From Epiperipatus broadwayi (lineage: Eukaryota; Animalia; Onychophora), in contig JAQFVV010000007.1 of assembly GCA_028023455.1 (NCBI GenBank), positions 5,332,001 through 5,396,000 on the forward strand: a DNA stretch of 64,000 bases, read 5' to 3'. The translations under genes and the position numbers were made by a program. Position 1 is the stretch's first letter. Every line of letters starts with the position of its first letter. Below, piece after piece: positions 13,601 to 26,760 of the stretch. A model generated the notes under the pieces. The model ran no database searches. It was not told where the DNA came from and saw nothing but the letters and a program-made list of their open reading frames with translations.

Positions 13601-14041
13601 TGACTAGTTTAGCTTTATGCTTATAATGTTTATATTATTTATTTATACATCTTAAGTATACTGATATTTCATTTAAATTATGACAACTCCAACATTGTAA
13701 TGTAATTATATATATGCAATTATATAACTGCTTCTTTATATTTTTTTTAAATATAAGAAACAATGATGTAATTGCTTGACGATGATGCTTATTTTGTAAA
13801 TTTGAATTTATAATTATTTTTAATTTTACCATTCCTGTTCACTATTTAATTCTATGCACGAATAGTGCTTATAATTAAATAATGTCCATGTGTGTGTGGG
13901 CATGCATATTATTTGTTTTTACATATATATGTGTATATTTAATAAACTAAAAAGCACATTGTTTGCTTTTGTAATTCATGATGTAATTTTCTTATTATGT
14001 ATATTATATACTTGAGATTTTTTTTTTTCTGATTATTTCAG

Positions 14042-14190
14042 ATTGACTGGCTGGAATATTTTAATTTTCAGTTTAGTCACGTTAGTAAAGAAATTAAGCC
14101 TACAGAAGAAATAGTCGTTTTAGCTCCAGAATTTTTAAAAAATTTAACTACAGTTATTTTGGAATACCAAAATACAGTTGATGGACAGAT
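14042..14190 (+). CDS. ECE/neprilysin-like exon 2 in window
   Basis: cag|ATTGACTGG...CAGAT|gtaagt; 149 nt = IDWLEYFNFQFSHVSKEIKPTEEIVVLAPEFLKNLTTVILEYQNTVDGQ + 2 nt; (I/N)W..Y and E.IVV..PE(Y/F)L motifs of the M13 N-domain. Confidence 0.88.
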
Positions 14191-14769
14191 GTAAGTATGA
14201 GCAATGTGGTTTTATCTTAAAGCCTATTATAAGAATATTACCAAATCCTAATATCACATAAAATATTTAGTATGAATGTAGACATTATGATTAAAAGAAA
14301 ACAAAATAAAAAGATTTAATACCACAAAAGTAATTACAAAATACCTGTTGCCCTATATATCATATATGCATCTTGGTGGAATTACTTAAAACTTTTAAAC
14401 CATTATTTTTTTTGAAAAACCAGCTGTATTCTTAAAAGAAGAGCAGGAACAAGTTTCATGGATCTTTTATTTCAAATTTTTGTCTAATTTTAAACCATCT
14501 TATCTTTGCTACTACATTTTCCATATAAACATGCTTTTGTACATTGCAAATACTTTGTCATAAATTTAAAACTTAATGGTTATTGCACAATAAATATCTG
14601 TATTTTGTTAAATGATGTATTGATAATCATCAACAAATAAATGAGATCATCATTCTTTTATCACTTTAACAATACTCTTTTATTTTTCTATTCAATTAAT
14701 CTATCAGTTTTGATTGACCAGCAGTCTTTTTCAGAGCTAAAAAATATATAAAGTATATATGAAGTAAAC

Positions 14770-15520
14770 AAAGTATTTGGGTGATTAAACACTGTATTAT
14801 TTTGTATTATTTTGATGAAATAATATCCACCATTTTCAAGATCAAGTTTTTAAAACAAAACTTAAATCTCAAGTAGTAATAAGATTGAGTGTGAGGTAGA
14901 GAATGAGATTGAGCATGGAGTAGTTGAGTATTTAAAATAAAATGTTTATTTTCTTCAGTTTTACTATTTATTGATTTCAAGTGTATATTAGAAGAAAGCT
15001 ATGGAGATCAATTTAATAAACGAATTAATGTCAGAATTAAGAAACATAAAAATACCTTCAATCACAAATTAAATACATCAGCTTTTACTTTACATTTTTT
15101 TAGAAATTGGTCACAAACTTGATTTTGATAATGCTAAAATGCTTGTTAATTTGGAAAAGTATGATTTGGTAACCTTGAGGGAGTTTATTGAAATATTAAA
15201 AAAAACAACTGGTTTAGATAAAACTGATGAAGTACAATGTATTCCAGCTTTGTGGAGACCACTTATTTTCTCTCCTCTAATATAAACTTGAAATTAATTA
15301 ATAGATAAACTGAGGAAAATAGACATTTTGTTAATCCACATATTCTGAATACTCAACTACTTCATGCTCAATCTCATTCTATACCTCACACTCAATCTTG
15401 TTACTACTTGAGATCTAATGAATTTTCTTTAAAAATTTAATCTCAAAAATGATAGATATTATTTTGATGAAATATTGGAAAGTAATACAAAATAATACCC
15501 AGTTTAACCCAAAATTAACC
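14770..15520 (+). mobile_element. 5'-truncated PLE GIY-YIG fragment with inverted flanks
   Basis: 15000-15290 decayed LIN.LMSELRNIK..SI...SAF..H..EIGH..DFDNAKML; 14770-14935 and 15340-15520 are inverted copies. Confidence 0.6.
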
Positions 15521-17299
15521 ATGAAAACATTATAATAAATATATATGAATATATATATATAAAAAACAATTTATTTAATCTATATCAAGAATACAAACAT
15601 TATGGCCTACTATATTGAACCAGATCCATTGAAGTTGCATGTTTAATACAATTTTTAAAATTTTGTAACTAACTTTTGGAAACTTTGTGACTGTGGCTAT
15701 GGACTGGTCCTTCAAGCAGAAGAGTAAAATACCATTGATAGATTAACCATCAATGCTACCTATGGCTAGATCAAGGCTATACAAAGCATGGCCTACAATC
15801 ATGTTTCCAGGCCATAATACTCCTCGACTGCTAGATCAAGACCCTACATCCAGAGCATTTTATTTGTTTGAGATTGAAACTCAGGTGCCATCCAACTATA
15901 TAGGTTATATAGCTGGCATGCCCAGATGACAGGCATACCAATCCAGTGCTTGAAATATCCCAAGCTAACTCATACTCTGTCTCCGATGTCTGGTGCATTT
16001 TCGTAATATACATAGATATTTATACACCAATTTACTGATGACACAGTGACAAGAGAAAGAGAATAGACCAAAAAATAATTAAGCAACATTATTATTTATT
16101 TACGCAAACACATATAGTTAACATAATATAACATAATAAATTTTTATATAAGGAAATATAAATGATCCCTTTTTTTCCCCCAATAAATTTATTAAACATA
16201 AATAAGTATGATATAAAGTGGTTTTGTACAGAAAAAAAAATTAATACAAACATAAATTTTGTACAAGTGTGAATTTTTGATTATCTTCTGATTATCAGTT
16301 CTCAATTAACATCTCATGTTCTGCAGTTCACTGCATCACTCATGTTTATAGTGAATAACAAATGTAATCCAATAAATCCTTAGTAGGATTTTTCCCATGA
16401 ACTGCCTTCATATAATCATTTCAAAGATCACTTTAGGCTAAAATTATGATAGTCCTTCATTAAAGTTCATTTCATTTAAAATAAAGTGTCTATTTTGTTG
16501 TGAGCATTGACTCCAGGTGAGCACAGTTTATTTTAGCAGAGGACATTGGGGCCTGAAGCCCCGCTAGATACTCCAATGCTCATCTAGCAACACATGTTGC
16601 TAAGATGTCTAGCAACTCATGCTGCTAGTTTTGCGGCTTCTGCATTAATGTTGACCACAGCAGTAATTGATTAGCTTACTACTATGTTTACAGTTTCTGA
16701 ATATCTGGATGTTTGGATTCTCAATGAAAAACTGAGTCTGCATTCTGTCTGAACTGAATAATAATAATTCAAACTGAATAATAATAGCCAGCTGCAATTT
16801 TTATACTCTTCCTCTTTCATTGTTTTTAATTCCTTATCATTATTTTTAACTCTATTTTTTAAAATTAAATTTACATTTTTCTTTAATTTAATTGATTTTT
16901 TACATTTTGTTTTATCTGATCTTTTTCTTAGATTAATCTACTATCTCATTGATAGTTTACATAGTTTGTAGTTACTTCAATTATTAATTTCAATTTTATT
17001 ATCAACAGTAATCTTACAAATTTAATTGCATTCCAAAGCTTTTACTAATTAATTTTTATTCTGTTTTCACATTTATTTATTTTAATTTATAAAACAGAGG
17101 AGTTTTAAATCTTTATTTCTAATTCTTTTCCCTATCTCATTTTCAATAAAAGCTTTATTCTTTTTTAAAAGAAAATATAACACAATTTTTTTTGTTTTTA
17201 CAAAAACTACATAAATAGTTATTTCTTTAACTATTCTTTCCAATAAATTTAACCATATATTTTTAGATTGTGAAACATGTAACACAGATATATATAAGT

Positions 17300-18370
17300 T
17301 TTATAACACATATCTCATTAGCACTACAATATATTGAGTCCTTTTTATATCCTTTTATAATTATACTAAATATATATTTTTAAAATGTATACTACATTTG
17401 TAACTGCCAATTTTAAAATTTTCCAGAGGTTTCTTTATATTCTATACTAGATTCCTCTTTACATTTTTTTGATAACTTTTTTTTTCACTTCTTGTAATTT
17501 TAATGTTTGAAAATATTTCAATTATATTTATATTAAAATAGTTTTTAAACAAAACTTTATTTAATGAAGATATGATAGTATTTATAAGGTTAGCTTCTTT
17601 AATTTTTTTGTTGTTGTTATTAATGTATAGAATTGTTTTAATGCTATTCATTTCAAGTGAATGTCTGGTTTCTATTGAATGTAAGTGAATAACATAAATA
17701 TGTTTTAAAAAAATTATATGTTTATTTACATTGAATAGAAATAGGACATGTATTTGAATGGAATTTCATTAAAATAACAAAAGAGAAATCTTTATAAATA
17801 GAATCAAATATACGTTAAATAAATATTTAGGCTTAAAAACTGAATTTCAAACAATAAAAATATAAGAAATGAAAAATAAATTATAGATAAAATAAAAAGT
17901 GGGAGATACTGTATAATATAAAGAAGCTATTGAAAATCCAAATATTGGCAGTTAATAAGGTGAGAAGTTAGAAATCAGTAAGGTGTTAATATTAAATAAG
18001 AATTCAAAATAATTTATAAAAAAACATTTTTAATAACAATTTATAAGATTAATTAATAAATATTTTTAAAATGATAAACTTTCAAACTTAAGTTTAATAG
18101 AAATTCAATAAGTAAAATTAAAATAAACAGTAAAAAAATGTTGGTAAATAATGAAACATTATAATTTATCAACTCTGTTATTGTGATCATGATAATATTA
18201 ATTAATATGTGAGAAATATTAAAAGGTTAAAAACTTACTGCCTTTAACTTTATTATGATACCAAATATAGTTTAAACTTTAAAGCTAATATATATTTAGT
18301 ATAAATATAAAAGGATATAAAAAGAATTCAATATATTATAAGCTATATTGTTTGTAGTGCTAACATCAAA
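17300..18370. repeat. AT-rich fold-back element, probably PLE-derived
   Basis: Palindrome centred near 17708 (17640-17705 vs 17712-17775); 17320-17400 inverted vs 18290-18362. Confidence 0.45.
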
Positions 18371-18929
18371 AATTAATTTTGATACATGGATATTATCTTC
18401 TCACTTCTATTCTTTATTATAATAACAATCCATGGAAATATATATATATATTTGTAAACTTATATATATTATTCTCTGAAGAAGACTGATGGTCAGTGGA
18501 GATCAATGGAATAGAAAAATAAAATAGAAAAAATTGTTAAAGTGATCCTAAAGAATAATGGTTTTATTTATTTGTTTTATAAATGTAATTAATGAATAAA
18601 AAAGATATAAAATAAAAGAAAGAATGTAGTGCTTCATAATCATATCATTCGCATGTATTTTAACAATTTACCTTATTTCACAGAATTGATAGTAAATGTG
18701 TTAGCTCCCTTTATTATATATATATTTATTTCATATTGTGGGTTATGTAAAAGTATACATATTCATATATTTTCATTTTTGAAAAATTCACGATCATAAT
18801 ATTTAAAAATTAAATCAATGATCACCAAAATATATCAAATATTACCTGACTCAATCACATATTGCTGTTATAGAAACATATTTTTTTACCTTCTTTATGC
18901 CACTTATTGTAAGCTTTACTATGTAATAA

Positions 18930-19660
18930 TGGATGTAAGATGCCCCAGACTAGTTTCAAGATTATGGCTTATATCAGCAAGGAATTTTGAATTTTAGGTT
19001 AGTGAACATGGGTATTTAGGCTCTAATGCACTCTCCTTCAAACACCTATCATTTAATGCTCTGCTATGTTATCAAGATATCAACCCAAACTAAATAACAT
19101 ATAAATGTTTTCAATTTAAGCCAACTTGCTTGCATGATCATATAGATATAAACCAATTAAGTTTTTATGTATTATTGTAAATAAATTAGAATTCAGGATT
19201 TTTCAGTTTACTCATTCATTTCCATTTCAAGCAACTAGTATTAGTTTTTTTTATAACTATGAGCATTTCCTGTCACATGGAGATGGTGAAAAAATTACGC
19301 TGCTATAAAAGTAATATGTAAGCTAAAGTCATGTGATGGATTTGTTAATATTTTATTAGTTTACAACAAATCTCAGCCATAAGATAGAAGTTTGCATAAT
19401 ACCCAGAAACTAAACGGGTTTCAGATTTATATGACTATTCAAGCAAGTTTGCTTAGATTGAAAACATTTATATATTTTTTAAATTTAGGCTGATAGCTTT
19501 AAAGTATAATGAAGAGGTAAATGATAGGTGCTGGATGAAATATGCATTGGATTCTAAAAATTCAAATGCATTCATCAAAAATCCAAAGCTCATCACTAAT
19601 GAAGGTCATATGCTTGAGACTTGTCTGGGAATGTTAGATAGGAAAGTGCAGGATAGAGAT
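18930..19660. mobile_element. Family A HHR repeat, old diverged fold-back copy
   Basis: ccccagactagtttc at about 18943 (HHR minus) and atccaaagctcatcactaatgaaggtcatatgcttgagacttgtctgggg at about 19581 (HHR plus, decayed). Confidence 0.65.
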
Positions 19661-20843
19661 ATTTAACAAATACTCTCATCTTCTACCTATTATTACTTAT
19701 TAGAGCTGATAGTAAATGACATAGAAATGGAAAAAAATTAAAGATCAAAATATAATTTTTTAGGCGTTAACAAATTTAGGTTAATAAGTTGTTAAAAATA
19801 ACAATTAATATATGCATATTCATTATAATTTTTGACGTTAACAATTTATTGGCAAAAGTCCAAAATATTTGAGATAACTAAAGTAAGCAAAATTATTTAG
19901 AGTCCTATATACATATATATAAATATTTCAAAACCATGCCTTTGCTATCTACCATGCTCCCCTAAAATAAGATTGGGTCATATTAATTTTTTGCTCCAAA
20001 AGACGCCTTAGGGCTTATTTTCAGAAAATGTCTTAATTTTTTATATACAAAAATCTACATTTGCTCATGTACAAAAGTATACATTTATTCAAAATCTCAA
20101 ATCAATCTCTCAAACATATTTTTTCAGCAATATCCTCTATGAATGCACTGGGGTATTTACATTCATTTAAATATATAGTCAAAATATTATTCTGTTTAAA
20201 TCTACCATTAAATCAAGTGTTAATTGAAGACTTATGAGATCAGAGTGGTAAAAAAATGATTACACTTAAGAATAATTATTCATCCAAAAGCATGAGAAAA
20301 TGGAAACACAAAAATGCAGAAAATATTTTTATATTTCACACTGCATTAACTATGATTGTTACAACATGCATCATACTGAATTATGAAGATTCATATAAGA
20401 CATAACCACCCTCCATCATCAAAGGCATACATTGTAAATCCTTTCTAAATTACTCATAATAACTATGCTTGGATATTCTTTTTTTAAATTTTTATTTAGA
20501 AGAAAGCTTGATTTAATTTAACTAAACTTTAATTATAAAAATCACTTCCTTTATTTAAACTCTTTTAGGAGGAAAAAAACATTTAAGAAACAATCTTAAA
20601 GATTTAAAAGCTACCCCAATCAAATTCTAAACTAGGTCAAGGATTCTAAATCTAAGTATTAAATACAAATTAAAATAAGTACCTAAAATTATATAAATGA
20701 AATTATAAATTGTCTGATATACTGGCTTGTGGTAGATTAAACTTTAAAAGATTTTTAAATCATTCATAAAGGCAGTAAATAAGTTTATCTTAGGTCCAAG
20801 ATCCTGCTGATGGAAAATTGAATCTCATTGCAGGTAGAGTTAT

Positions 20844-21671
20844 AAGCCAATAAACATCACACGATCACCATTACCTATGCTGTATGCTTGCTTATAACTG
20901 TTATTAAAACAGGAAAAATTTTCTATACCAGTCAGTGCAAGCCAGAGTAATCAATGGATGCCAGAAGGTTTGTGCATAAAAACCCCATCTAGTCCCTATT
21001 CATCCAATATTCCCAGACTAGTTTCTGGCTTGCGGCCTTTGTCAGTGAGGAGCCTTGGATCTGAGAGCACTAAATGTAGATCTTAGGATCTAATGCAACC
21101 CTCCAGCAGCCACCTTTTATTTCTACTTAACTACAAAACTATGAGTCTTAAATTGAAAACATCATAATATTTTCAATCCAAGCTCATTAGCTTATACAGT
21201 CATATAGGTCTGAACTCAGTTAAGTCCCCATACATTTTGGTAACTTTGATTCTTTAATAACCCTAGCTACCACTATCCTATTAAGCAGGATTGGTTTTAA
21301 GCCAATAGGGGTGGCTATGGTTATTAATGAACCAAAGTCACCAAAATGTATGGATACTGAACTGAGTTCAGACCTATTAGACTATATAAGCTAATGAGCT
21401 TGGATTGAAAATATTACGGTGTTTTCAATTTAAGACTCATAGTTTTGTAATTAAGTAGAGCTAAAAGGTGGCTGCTGGAGGGTTACATTAGATCCTAAGA
21501 TCTAGGTGCAGGGCTCTCAGATCCAAGGCTCCTCACTGATGAAGGCCACAAGCCAGAAACTAGTCTGAGGATATTGGATGAGTAGGCACTAGATGGGGAT
21601 TTTATGCATAAGCCTTCTGGCATCCATTGATTACTCTGGCTTGCACTGAGTGGCAATATGTAGAGAGAGTT
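20844..21671. mobile_element. Family A HHR repeat (retrozyme/pLTR-like), fold-back insertion
   Basis: Left arm 20844-21307 is one 455-nt monomer (taagccaata at 20843 and 21298); right arm inverted; TSD ttgcaggtagagttat 20828-20843 / 21672-21687. Confidence 0.9.
21521..21579 (+). ncRNA. Type I hammerhead ribozyme motif (family A), intact core
   Basis: AUCCAA-GGC-UCCUCA CUGAUGA A-GGC-CACAA-GCC-A GAA AC-UA-GU C UGAGGA-UA-UUGGAU; predicted cleavage after 21565; palindromic stem III ACUAGU. Confidence 0.85.
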
Positions 21672-22697
21672 TTGCAGGTAGAGTTATGTTTGTTGAAAAT
21701 GTTCAACGGGAAAATAAGTACCATTATAATTTATATTATCACTTATTTAAAGCATTAATGTCAATAATATTTATTTATACCTTCATTACTTTATAATTCA
21801 ATACATACATTATGGGTTTCAGCAAATGAAATCTATCCATCAGGCTGATGATCTTAACTAGGGCTTATGTTTGAGGTAGGTCTTATTTTGAGGGAAATGT
21901 GGTATCAATGATTTTTGTCCCCTTATAAGATTCTATTTAGTTATAGTATTAACACTAAAAGAAGGGAATCCTCCTAGAGATAATATCCTTAAAAAATTAC
22001 TTATTTCTCAAATCAAGAAAAGTAAATTAATATTTGATTAATATATCTAATTTCCTTTAGATAAAAAATAATTTAAAATAATATTCTTATAAAAAAATAA
22101 AACATATAATAAACTACCCAGACAGTATTTTTTATTATAATAGCTAGGAATTATTCATCCATGTACAATTGAAGAATATGCTAATTGCAGTATTACCTGA
22201 TTAAATCCCCCAACTATAATCCTAATAATTACCTAAATATCAAACATATCAAATTTAATAAATATTTTATAATAAATATTAACCCAAATTTTTGTACAGT
22301 TATTATTAAAAAAGCATTTATTCAACATATATTCTCTATAGAACCAGGAAATCAAAAATAACATGGAGCTTTATCAATATTGGTATTCAAAAAACATATT
22401 CTCTTATATCATAATAATAATCTTACCATCATCATCGATCTAAAAAAATCCAATAAATAAAATTATAGATCCAAAAACTTGAATAATAAAATATTGAACT
22501 ACTCTTTCATTAACATTTTTGCTTCCACTTATATTCATCTCTAGATCAATCCAAATAAATATTCATGAAACCTATACCAACTTGAATTGTTAAGCTAAAA
22601 ACTAATAAAATATAAAGCATTAAAAAAATAAGGAAAATTCACGTGTTTACTTAATCTTTTGAAGTTTAAATTATAGTTCATAATAAGTTAACAAATC

Positions 22698-22852
22698 ACA
22701 TGATCACCATCTCTTATGCTAGCACATAACTGTTATTAAATAGGCAAAACTTTCCATACAGTAGTGCCACACTGTATCAACTAGAGTCATCACTCCATTG
22801 ATGACTCTGGTTGGCACAGGGTGGCACTACTATATGGAGAGTTTTGACTGTT
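22698..22852. mobile_element. Family A mini fold-back (no HHR part)
   Basis: Two short inverted family A pieces; TSD taataagttaacaaatc 22681-22697 / 22853-22869. Confidence 0.8.
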
Positions 22853-23728
22853 TAATAAGTTAACAAATCTTTGTAATTCATAAATTCAAAAATACTAAAA
22901 TAACTTAATAAAACTAAAAGCCTTTAAAGCTTTAATTATTCTATCTTAGAATAGTATATTATACATTTATCTTTCCAATTAAAAACTCCTAATAGACCAT
23001 AATTATTTCAGATTACAATAATAAAACATTTAATGCCATTAAATGTAACAATAACATCACATACTCATTATATTCAATGACTTTCATAATATTTAATCTA
23101 AAAATAATCTGACCACTGTTAAGAAAAAGAATATAAATATATTCTATATACCATACCAAAGAATGAAGTAAAAATAATTATAATTATACTAACTGATTTT
23201 CAAGAAATTAAAAAATTAATAATTCCAAATTTCACTAAATAAATTTAACAAAGCTGGATCTACCATATTTACAGTAATTAATATAAATCAAAATAATTAT
23301 ATTTGATAATATTTAGAGAGCAATAGAAAGATTACCAAGATTATCACTCAACTTTTTGAGTCATCTTTTTACAGTTTTTTATAAAAGAATTTATAGAAAT
23401 TCTCTCAATTTGAATTTTTGTTGAAGCTTTATTAAGTTCTCAGAATTGTTAAAATATATATGTATCAACTGTTTCTTTTTGCCATATCTTCACTATAAGA
23501 AATTGTCAAGTTTCATTTTTAAAGTATGTATTATATCACTGTCATGAAACTATTAATGAAAATCTAATATCTAGAAAAATCAAATGTTGATTTTATTGAT
23601 TTAGAAAAATATTTGTTTGAAGATCTTCACAAAATGTGTTCCTCTCCATCATTTTTTTTTTTTTTAAAGAATCTTCTGTTAAGCTTATTTAATATTATTT
23701 CTTGCTGTGTGGTCAACTCTAATTAATT

Positions 23729-23813
23729 GGTGGTCTAGAGGTTAGCATAGCTGCCTTCCAAACAGCTGTCCCAGGTTTGTTTCCTGGTCAACGCTTAGAC
23801 AAATAAATAAAAA
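23729..23813 (+). pseudogene. Retroposed tRNA-Gly(TCC) copy with short trailer and A-rich tail
   Basis: ggtggtctagaggttagcatagctgccTTCCAaacagctgtcccaggtttgtttcctggtcaacgc matches metazoan tRNA-Gly-TCC with CpG-type changes; TSD aactctaattaatt 23715-23728 / 23814-23827. Confidence 0.8.
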
Positions 23814-25299
23814 AACTCTAATTAATTATATTTTATAAAATTTCTGCAAGACAATTATAATATATTTTCATTTGAGATTAATGGTTTTTGAGAAATGAAT
23901 AATCTTACAATAAATGGTTAAATTGTTAGGAATATAAATAAATCAAAATATAATTAATTTATTGTTAAGTGCGAAAAGAAAAATATTTAAAATCTATGAA
24001 TGAAATATAAGTTATGAAAAATATAAAACATGTTAAAGCCTTTATTATTAGAGAAGAAAAAATATAGCAAAAATTATTGAATTTGTATATTGATGCTAGT
24101 TGTACCAATTGTTCAAACTCCTTAAATGATGAAGGCTTTTAATGAATAGAAAACAAAAAGAAGAAAATATTACCATAATTTAGACTAGGATAAAAAATGA
24201 CAATTCAAAAATTGATTTATTTATTAAGAAAATAACATGATTTATAAAACAAAAAGATAACATATAGATTTTATTACATTCTGCAGCAATATCATTATAG
24301 CATTTGATCTTATGAACATGATTTTGCTATGAATTTATTAATGCTAGTTTTTTGACCTCCCTATAAAGGTCTCTTTGAAGTTTTGTTGAACTATCAATGG
24401 TTAATCATAATACAATTTAGAAATTAAGCAATTTACTTATATTTAAGAAATAAATAATAATTATATTAAAATCTTTTCAAATATGTTGAATTTAAAATAA
24501 ATTAAATAAATTATATGGTTTAATTCATATTGACAATAAAACAACATTGCAAAGTGTATAAATATTTGTAGAACTTAAAGTAAGAAACATAAAAACATTA
24601 ATCTGTTCCTAGAAATGTATAGTGATATTTTTTTGTAAAATAAAGTATTTTGGATAGGGAAAAACAACAATAATGAAAAAACTGTTTGCCAAAATGCTAA
24701 TAATAAGTATATATTAAATGCATATTGAAAATTTATTTTTTAGTCAGGGTTATACTTACAATTAAAAAGTACTAAATATTCTGAAAAAAATTTTTAGGCT
24801 TACTTAGAAATTTTCCAATTACTCTGAACTTGTAACACCAAGTGGTATCATAAGGCCATGACATATATTCTGCTGAAAGTAAAATTTTATTTATTATATA
24901 AAAATGATAAAATATCCGCTTGTTATAAGTCAATATTTAAAATTTTAAAACCCTATTAGATAATCACTTATAAGATAAACAGTATGTTGATTTTTAGATT
25001 AAATGGCAACATATCAGATTGTAGTGCAAATCTGCTACTCTCTATTTTTAAGGAATTAAAAATGGTAATAATTTTTGTTCAGCTTATCTGAGCAAAATGT
25101 TGATGACTAATCAAATCTTATTGCCATTAAATAACCAATAAAACAAGTTTTTTAAAACTATGATCACAGACTTGCTTGCACATATTAATCCATAAAATAT
25201 CAGCTTATGTGCCATAGAATGCAAGAGTAGCAAGATTGAATTAGGCAATAGTCATAACAGCAGTCATTAGTAAAGAACTGCTGCAGTTAGTCAAATGTT

Positions 25300-26760
25300 T
25301 ACCCAGACAGATCATTATTTCATGCATGAATTTTTTTCACAGTTTAACTATTGACTAAATCTTATAAAAGAAGATGCAAAGATTCCAATCAGAAAATTTA
25401 CCAATATCTTTATCAAATTCCCCATTTGGAGCACTGTAACCATAGATTTGACAATCATTAAGTATGTGCTTCATAATTTGTGTTTGTTCTCATTTATAAA
25501 GATGATTTTTGGATAGATGCCACTTATGAAGCAGTGATAACAGATCACAGTTGTCCTAAAAACTGTTGATGAAACTCTAGTTGTATTTAAGAAAGTCAAA
25601 CTCAGCTAGTTTTCTTGTTAGATCTGGGTGAAAAAAAAATTGGTTAAAACACCATAAGAAATTTCCCTTTTTACACCATAATTTCTCAGTAGATTTTTGA
25701 CTGATCATCAAAAAAGAGTTCTGATTTAAGACATGTCTCAAGTTGTGATGTGCTGACAAGATTAATCTGCTTAATGGTATTTTATACAGTTTCAGTAAAG
25801 TAACTTTTCTTCTGAGATCTAGCAATAGAATATTTCAGAAAACAGAAAACCATTTCAAAGGGATAGATTTTAGTATAACAGTAATATTCTTCATGTAATA
25901 TTTAATTGAGAATCTAAAAGTTTACTATGGGCAAACAAACAAATAATCAGGGTATAGTATTCACCAGTAGAATATGCAGTGCAAAGAAAGCTCTTCATAA
26001 AGTAATTGCATTATAATCCCAATTAGTACTGGTTAACATTCTAAAGAGATTACTTTTAGAAATATAATTTTGGTTTAATTTTAGCTAAATGATGAAAATA
26101 AGTTAGGCTACAAACCACATAGGCTATGGGTAGATTTCATTTTATTTTTGCTATAAATTACAATCAGATTGTAAGATGATATCTTTCTGTTTAGTTGAAA
26201 ACGTGAGCATAATGTGTTGATTGTATTAGGAATAAAAACCCAGATTATTGATTCAATATTGGAATCTTTAACAACTGCAAAAAGCTTTTGATACTAGAGA
26301 AATTGAAAATGGTTAAGATGGATCATATTTGATAATGTCAATATTCTATTTATGCACAAAAGAATTATCTATAAATGATACATATACATATTTTTTGTGT
26401 CTCTGGAACATATTGACTTATTAATAGATCATCAGTATGTGGATGAAATAATTGAGCTATGATATTGCATTTTTTGAAAGTAACATTGCCAATTTTCAAA
26501 TGATATTGCATAGCTTTATGATGAGAATATTTTCTAACAGCATTTCAAACAAACAAATGGGATCTTGTTAGTACAGTCTTAAAATTTTCATCTGTAAAAC
26601 ATTATCAATCTTATTGGAAAAATTTACATATACATTGTTCATTGTTCACCAGTACCACAGAATTGTTAGAAAAGATTGAGGAGTCCTACATATTTAAAGA
26701 CAACATTAGAGCTTTTACTGTTTGTGCCACAATCATAACTAACACTATTCATCACAACCA
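25300..26760 (-). mobile_element. Decayed LINE remnant (RT motif YTDD near 26430, C-terminal MKHILNDC zinc-finger-like piece near 25450)
   Basis: Broken peptides on minus strand only. Confidence 0.4.

Noticed and set aside
16037-16075. ctgatgacacagtgacaagagaaag and ctgatgattatgac (58499) core matches
   Set aside because: No consistent stems I and III around the CUGAUGA heptamer.
18473-18520. HHR-like ctctgaagaagactgatggtcagtggagatc
   Set aside because: CUGAAGA and stem II GACUGA/UCAGU are present, but GAAA and stem III are destroyed and there is only one copy; at most a relic.
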